DNA of 64,000 nucleotides from Diplonema japonicum. Its lineage: Eukaryota; Protista; Euglenozoa: Diplonemea. The notes below the pieces were generated by a model. It saw only the letters and a list, made by a program, of their open reading frames with translations. It did not search any database and was not told where the DNA came from. Position numbers and translations under genes: made by a program. Where the stretch lies: contig OZ025718.1 in assembly GCA_964019335.1 (NCBI GenBank), forward strand, positions 124,001-188,000, in the 5' to 3' direction. Positions 59,601 to 64,000 of this stretch are shown here, in pieces (position 1 is the first letter of the stretch; each line of letters starts with the position of its first letter).

Positions 59601-61325
59601 GTTGTTGTTGAACTCGTAGACGTGAGTTACCGACGAGCACTTCTTGTCGTCGCAACACATTTCTTTGCATTGATCCGCCTCCAGGGTCTTCTCTTCTCTA
59701 AACCACTCTCCTCGCAAGCTAGCATTATCATATTTCTCCCACATGCATGGTACAGGCACGGGATTCGTGTTGTAATACACAACCTTTTCAGTTTCGTTGA
59801 GCCAGCAACCTGAAGGTAGCGACGGCTCCGTTATCTGCACCACGGCAGGGTTGAGCTTCAGGTATTCGGCTGCTACTTTGCAATCGTTCAAGGCAGGGGG
59901 TTGGGTGTACGTGGGGGGGCATTCTCGGGAATCTTTTTCGAGTTCGTGGATGCCCCGGATGACACCTCCGAAACCTTCGCTGCCCCACGTGACGATGTTC
60001 CATGACTTCGTCAGTGCGGCGAAGGCGCCTTCTGTGCTGACAACAGTATACACGTCATGTATAGGACTGGAGAGGGCACCATAAACAGGGTTGCCCCATG
60101 CTACGACAGAGGAATTTCGGAGAAGCGCTGCAAACGCCGCGCGGTTTGAAAACAGTTGGACGACGTCAGTGAGCTCTGGAGCCTTTCCACCGCTGGCTTC
60201 GTCACCCCATGCCACGACCCTGCCCCCTTCCGTCAGCAGGGCGAAGGCAGCCCTCGTCGATACGATCGTCCGGATCTCCGTCGGATCAACCGCCTCCTCG
60301 ACTTCAGTAATGCTGCCCCCGTACATGGTCGTGAAGTCGACTGAGAGAGGGACAATAATCTCCGCAGGAGAGGGACCGGGGAAGATGAGTCGCTCGTCCG
60401 GCAAATCTTTCGTTGTGATGGCTCTAAAGTAAGGTAGATGCGTGTAGTTGCCGCACCACGCCATCATGGACCCGTTAGTGGCCACCGTCACGGTGCAGAG
60501 ATCGTTTGACTCAGTAAAGGAGATAGAGGTGTTGTAATCGTGCCAGTGCGGGCTATTGTCATCCGTAAGATCGGGCCCAGACTCGTACCACTGTGTGACC
60601 GTGTTGATACTATCGGGGTGTACAACAGGCTTGTAAGGAGGGAGAAATACAGGGGACGGGGAAGCTGGGATGTTTGTAGGAGCAAAGGTTGGAGGAAAAG
60701 GTGTTCTTGGTGCTGGCGTTTTCGCAGGGATGTCTGTGGGAGCAAAGGTTGGAGGTGCCACAGTTATTGGTGCCACAGTTTCATTAAAATCTGCTTCCGG
60801 TGCACTAGATGGTCTAGGCCCCCTGACTCTATCATTCGCGTCAGGGTTCAGCCTGGAGACGTGGAAGGTGTCTGTCCGTATCGTAGACGAAACCTTCACT
60901 GAGAAGATCCCTGCCAAGAGGTTCGACTCTCGTTCGTGGATAGCCCATTTCGTATCCTTTGCGCCCCATGCCGCCACACCCGCCATCTTGTACTCCTCCC
61001 TGCAAGGACAGATTCGCCTATAGGCCTTATGGCCTACCCGGTCGCATCGTGGCCCTGAAAGTCCCCACGACCCCCTATTCCATAACCTCTCCGGAGCCTT
61101 GAATGCGCAGTTCCCCTCAAACCACACCGGCGCTTCATAAAACCCACCCTGCACCCACTTAGTACACCCAGCTATCAACGGGTCCGGCCCCGTCGGCCAA
61201 TGATTCTCGGAGCAGCTCTTACTTAGCCCGTTGCACAACGCCGTGCATGTCTCCCCGTCACCTGCTATTTCCCAGGTCACTCCTACATTGCTGCCTAACA
61301 CTCCCAGCACGACCACCAACAACAT
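56604..61325 (-). CDS. Large type I membrane protein with RCC1-like, PAN/apple-like Cys modules and Thr/Pro-rich linkers
   Basis: Signal peptide MLLVVVLGVLG; AFAAL..VVAWG repeats; CxxxCxxxxxCxxF modules; TM WPWLLLTLPLIGGIC. Confidence 0.8.
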   Translation of the reverse strand: MLLVVVLGVLGSNVGVTWEIAGDGETCTALCNGLSKSCSENHWPTGPDPLIAGCTKWVQGGFYEAPVWFEGNCAFKAPERLWNRGSWGLSGPRCDRVGHKAYRRICPCREEYKMAGVAAWGAKDTKWAIHERESNLLAGIFSVKVSSTIRTDTFHVSRLNPDANDRVRGPRPSSAPEADFNETVAPITVAPPTFAPTDIPAKTPAPRTPFPPTFAPTNIPASPSPVFLPPYKPVVHPDSINTVTQWYESGPDLTDDNSPHWHDYNTSISFTESNDLCTVTVATNGSMMAWCGNYTHLPYFRAITTKDLPDERLIFPGPSPAEIIVPLSVDFTTMYGGSITEVEEAVDPTEIRTIVSTRAAFALLTEGGRVVAWGDEASGGKAPELTDVVQLFSNRAAFAALLRNSSVVAWGNPVYGALSSPIHDVYTVVSTEGAFAALTKSWNIVTWGSEGFGGVIRGIHELEKDSRECPPTYTQPPALNDCKVAAEYLKLNPAVVQITEPSLPSGCWLNETEKVVYYNTNPVPVPCMWEKYDNASLRGEWFREEKTLEADQCKEMCCDDKKCSSVTHVYEFNNNVPSGTCRFYETEEMFTPTVSLTVSETITPTISLTASPKPSRTMTASPTSTASVTLTLPPTPTLTLSPSATFSVTVTPYSTPTLSNTSTLEPGPTPTPTTTPTIEVIYQHNVTYTSYVRVNEISLLCTSDPNSVANIVADKVSGIFATSKSFMAVSDRVAVWPHPRDAVSIPGVSAISPDMNSVFAAEDAFLVVKKNWEIETVWGTGGQGLFWTIGMPSLPPIQMGKILDIRTTTGAATVVSSEMKLESWKFKPDALGEFVSLGKVACYWTPQNEGLWTRYRSIGTALECAQKCLDTPGCTGFEYPTSGAYCAPWFDNECSNISSPGWHWMNWDTDTYELYHIKDNVLRVPVNPATEYYMVGKGKCTVNGTEPAVLLEIGPVAASVCEEACRSNLACKSYQTTATLRCKLFVQEANGATSAQGGNDTLCYSTKPVQEVPAYGFSMGSIVFYNDTGGAIRVNGKTLTVTPDGWKVPWEAVKDIGPTAYALVTSQDDPKYDVTRWKLEKFKTSANTTILIHSMEAYNYFIPSSRETLYGPFHIGPALSVPEDIYLRPLLARGDLWYHPVPNAGCPDIEKMNPDDTLSFEADADTVQLCGDVCWQIKSPSNCTSFSFSEAKKCRVYFHDECSYPIGRSGAGIGWVRDVGTTLYTMSVLQDDNFFDELDYGQDAPLNLTLVDMVRPSRDAFTAVLNGTVVTWGNQEYGGNTSYLQVGKSKYLDEGVDQIIPGVRSFSVRRIGAGHDECEITPCYAYKGDELKQPSSGKKEEAMDQLCFDPHPESWSPNDFLCVCTQVAHEAVGKPVECPDPAAPIMWPWLLLTLPLIGGICMRLDVVHFEKLEVYRKTVTLWDMYALHATETEENALEGMLAANPGSEIQLLRALVPHTEIRGGEARLFLLFQKRLSDDAEKKLPKDLIWYTQMYIYGPERMRAPFPRPVWKFKKKKISQMTPFGHILSQASTARGHLSPRRAPRTRSGGSDMWPSELITPLVDESSLSVTVL

Positions 61326-61467
61326 CAGGGTGTAATGGGGGGACAACCCCCTCCCCCGAACCGCCTGAAGATTGAGAAACAAAACAAGAAACATCAAGAC
61401 TTTTTGTACTAACATAAACGGTAACAGAAGGGGGTAAAAAAAAGAATCCCCCTGTAAAGGGGGATTT

Positions 61468-64000
61468 TTACGTGAGATTACAGAAATAACGCTTGACGCC
61501 GTTCTTGTAGGTATAACCCTCGGAGGTGCAGGCGCGGCAGGAATCAATGACGGGCTCGGAGGACAACATGTTGTGAGATGAAGGGATATGGGTGCAAGAT
61601 AAAGAGGAGGAGGGGTAGAGGCGTTTGAGGTCGTCGCATGCGAGGCCTTCTCTACATGTGGGGCCACCCCAGCCTATGTCGCAGAGGCATGACCCATACG
61701 GGGAGCATCTGCCGTGGCCTGAGCAGGTATCTGCGATGCATTGCACCTCGCAGTCTTCTCCGTAGTACCCTGAAGCGCATTCGCAGCCGTCCCCGCGGCC
61801 TACCATGTTCGCAGGGCACGTGCAGACAAACCCCTTGCACCGCCCACCATGAGCTTTGCATATGACATCATCACAAGCGCGAAGCATCGACACTTTTTCC
61901 TCCACTTTCCCCCGCAGATATCCCAAGCTCATCATAGACTCCCCAGACGGCATCGCATCGTTGCACCCCCTCTCATACCGTCCCGGGTCGGTCGTCGCGA
62001 ACACCGCCTGTCTCTGCCACGACGCCACTGTCACCATTCCGTTCTCTATCAGCATCGAATCTGGCGGATGGACTACCGTTCCGTTCAGAATCTGGAGGGA
62101 TCTGATCGACGCCCACTTCCTTGGGTCGTCGGTACCCTTCTTAAGGTGTTCGAGAGTCCGGTCTTGCAACCTAAACCTCACAGTCGCACCACCGCAAGAA
62201 GCGTAGAACCACGTGTCGCGTCCCGCCGTGCTAGGAACGGGGTTGAGATGCCCTCCATTACGGGAAACCTTTGTGACGGAATTGCCATGGTAGCACAAAG
62301 AGGGGCGGGAGGTGGGGAGCTCGGATTCCTTGGGGGAGAACACGATGGTGTAAGCTGCGGCTCGTGAGGTGCACGTCGCAGCGTCGAGGGAGAGCCGGAA
62401 GGTTATGGTCGAACCGAGACTGGCCACGCTGTCGTTGACAAGGGACGTAACGTTGGCATCAAGAATGCCGTGTGTAGGGACAGACACGTTCAGCACTGAC
62501 GGGCTGATGGTGGATGCCCCACTGGCTGCCACAGAATGGGTCAGTGTGGTCTCGTCCCACCCCCACGAGGGGTCGACGACTTCGATCATCATTCGCACGC
62601 ATTCCCCGTATGACTCCCCCCAGTTGCTGTTCACCACCACAAGCCTCAACCTGAACCTCTTCAGCGCTGCGATTGGAACGCTTGCAAACTTAATATACGC
62701 ATCCTTTCCATCACTGCTGACTCCTAAATACCCTGTTCCGTAGTTGCTCCCTGTGTTGTCCGGGTCCACCATGGCGTCGTCAGTCGGCGTGATGCACGCA
62801 TCGCGTCCTGCTTCGTAGAACTTGCCTATGGTCAAGTGCGCCCCTCTACTGTAGTAGAAGTTCTCAACCGTGTCGCCTGCAGTACCCGAGGAAGACATGA
62901 CGAAGTCCCTGCCCTTGTAGTGTGCCAGCCGCCCGCTTCCCATTACAGTTCTCTGCACGGTCGCCTCTTGCGGGGAGACAATCCTTACGATGCACAGCAA
63001 AGATGGTTCAAACGGGTGAGTCACAGGGTCTGTGCAGAAATACATGACCTCAGCTTTTGAAAGCGTGTCTGAAAGGACTTCCAAGACGGGAGGGTCGGAG
63101 GTGGGTAGCGGGGCAGGGAAGAGAGCAGTACCGGACGCAGTGCCATCCGATATGAGAAAACCGTTGCGAACTGCCCACACCGCAAGACCGACGTTGTGGA
63201 GTGATAGAGCTGTAGGAAAGGAAGGTGCACGTGCGGCATGGAACAGCAGCTGGTGCTCCTCGGAGACAACTGTAGCGGTGCCTTCATAGTAGCGGTATAG
63301 GTTGTATACTTGCGTGTCACGGGAAGCAAGAAACAGTAGCTTGCCCCCCAGTCCGACCCCTGCTATCGGGTTACTGGAGTCCGGCCCTGGCACTATATCT
63401 GCCAAAAGTTTCACTCCACGTCCTGACCCCTCGCATCTTGCCCACATCTTGAAGTAGTCCAGCGCCGTGTACGAGAGAGTGTCGTATGTCTTTCTGAAAA
63501 CCACTCTCCAGTGCGTCTTGAACACTTCTTGCTCCCTTTGAATATCCCATCTTTGAACGTTCTCTGTGTTCTCTCCAATGTGTACACCCCACACGTGCCA
63601 CAGCTTTTTGTCATAATACTGTAGCTCTATCCTCTTCGGGCACCTCGGCGGGGTGCACGCCCACACGACATGCCCCACTTCCGCCCTTGTGTCTCCGTAG
63701 TCGTACGCTACCCACGCCTCCCCTAACAAGTCTTCCGACACACCGTCAAGCTTACTAAAGTACGTACTGTTAGTGTTATTGAAGCCGCTACTCTGGTACG
63801 ACACGGTGGGGACATCGCATCCATGGTCTGTGGCAGTTGGTTTATATTGTGGTAATGCATACGTTGCGCTTTCGTGGGATCAGGTAGTAGACAGGCACCG
63901 TTAACCTTCATCCCACGCACCCTACCAGTGTACCCTTCCGTCACCGTGCGGGACGGGAATGCTAGCGACCCCTGCGTTGCGTTATGCTGCAAACCTAAAA
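61468..64000 (-). CDS. 3' part of a large extracellular protein with DNRLRE-like and EGF-like domains
   Basis: DAMV..SNYG..AYIKF..WDETTLT (DNRLRE-like); EGF CSGHGRC..CLCDIGWGGPTC; intron about 63828-63862 joins the upstream exon. Confidence 0.75.

Noticed and set aside
1-64000. Plus-strand ORFs and poly-K/poly-F ORFs in the ORF track
   Set aside because: They are antisense shadows of real minus-strand genes or translations of homopolymer tracts and introns

Overview
Eukaryotic genomic DNA, most likely a euglenozoan protist and plausibly a diplonemid. This is inferred from the unidirectional gene cluster, the CRK1-type CTAIRE kinase, short cis-introns and a DCP1-like gene. About 29 gene models all lie on the minus strand, separated by homopolymer-rich spacers, and many are split by tiny (about 32-70 nt) GT-AG introns that I reconstructed by hand. 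Recognisable genes include a CDK, a cyclin, a metallophosphoesterase, a DCP1-like decapping activator (not apparent from the ORF track), a WD40 protein, a bacterial-type GNAT, a tandem GST array, a TMC-like channel, a histidine phosphatase, DNA polymerase epsilon subunit B, EF-hand/ubiquitin-like, SGNH and RCC1 proteins, and two large modular surface proteins. The 4-13 kb region holds relics of one non-LTR retroelement family (RT, CCHC finger, conserved C-terminal domain; one derivative carries an OTU protease). The most unusual items are: (1) a probably mitochondrion-targeted protein of about 1,450 aa with about 29 copies of an acidic DDLPDFLK motif resembling the FtsZ C-terminal docking peptide, fused to SPRY and Cys-rich modules; (2) cis-introns with poly(A) in place of a polypyrimidine tract; (3) poly(A) tracts abutting start codons; (4) signs of homopolymer takeover in repeat copies; (5) foldback elements and a tandem spliced-leader-like relic. 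All product calls come from motif recognition by eye; no database searches were run.
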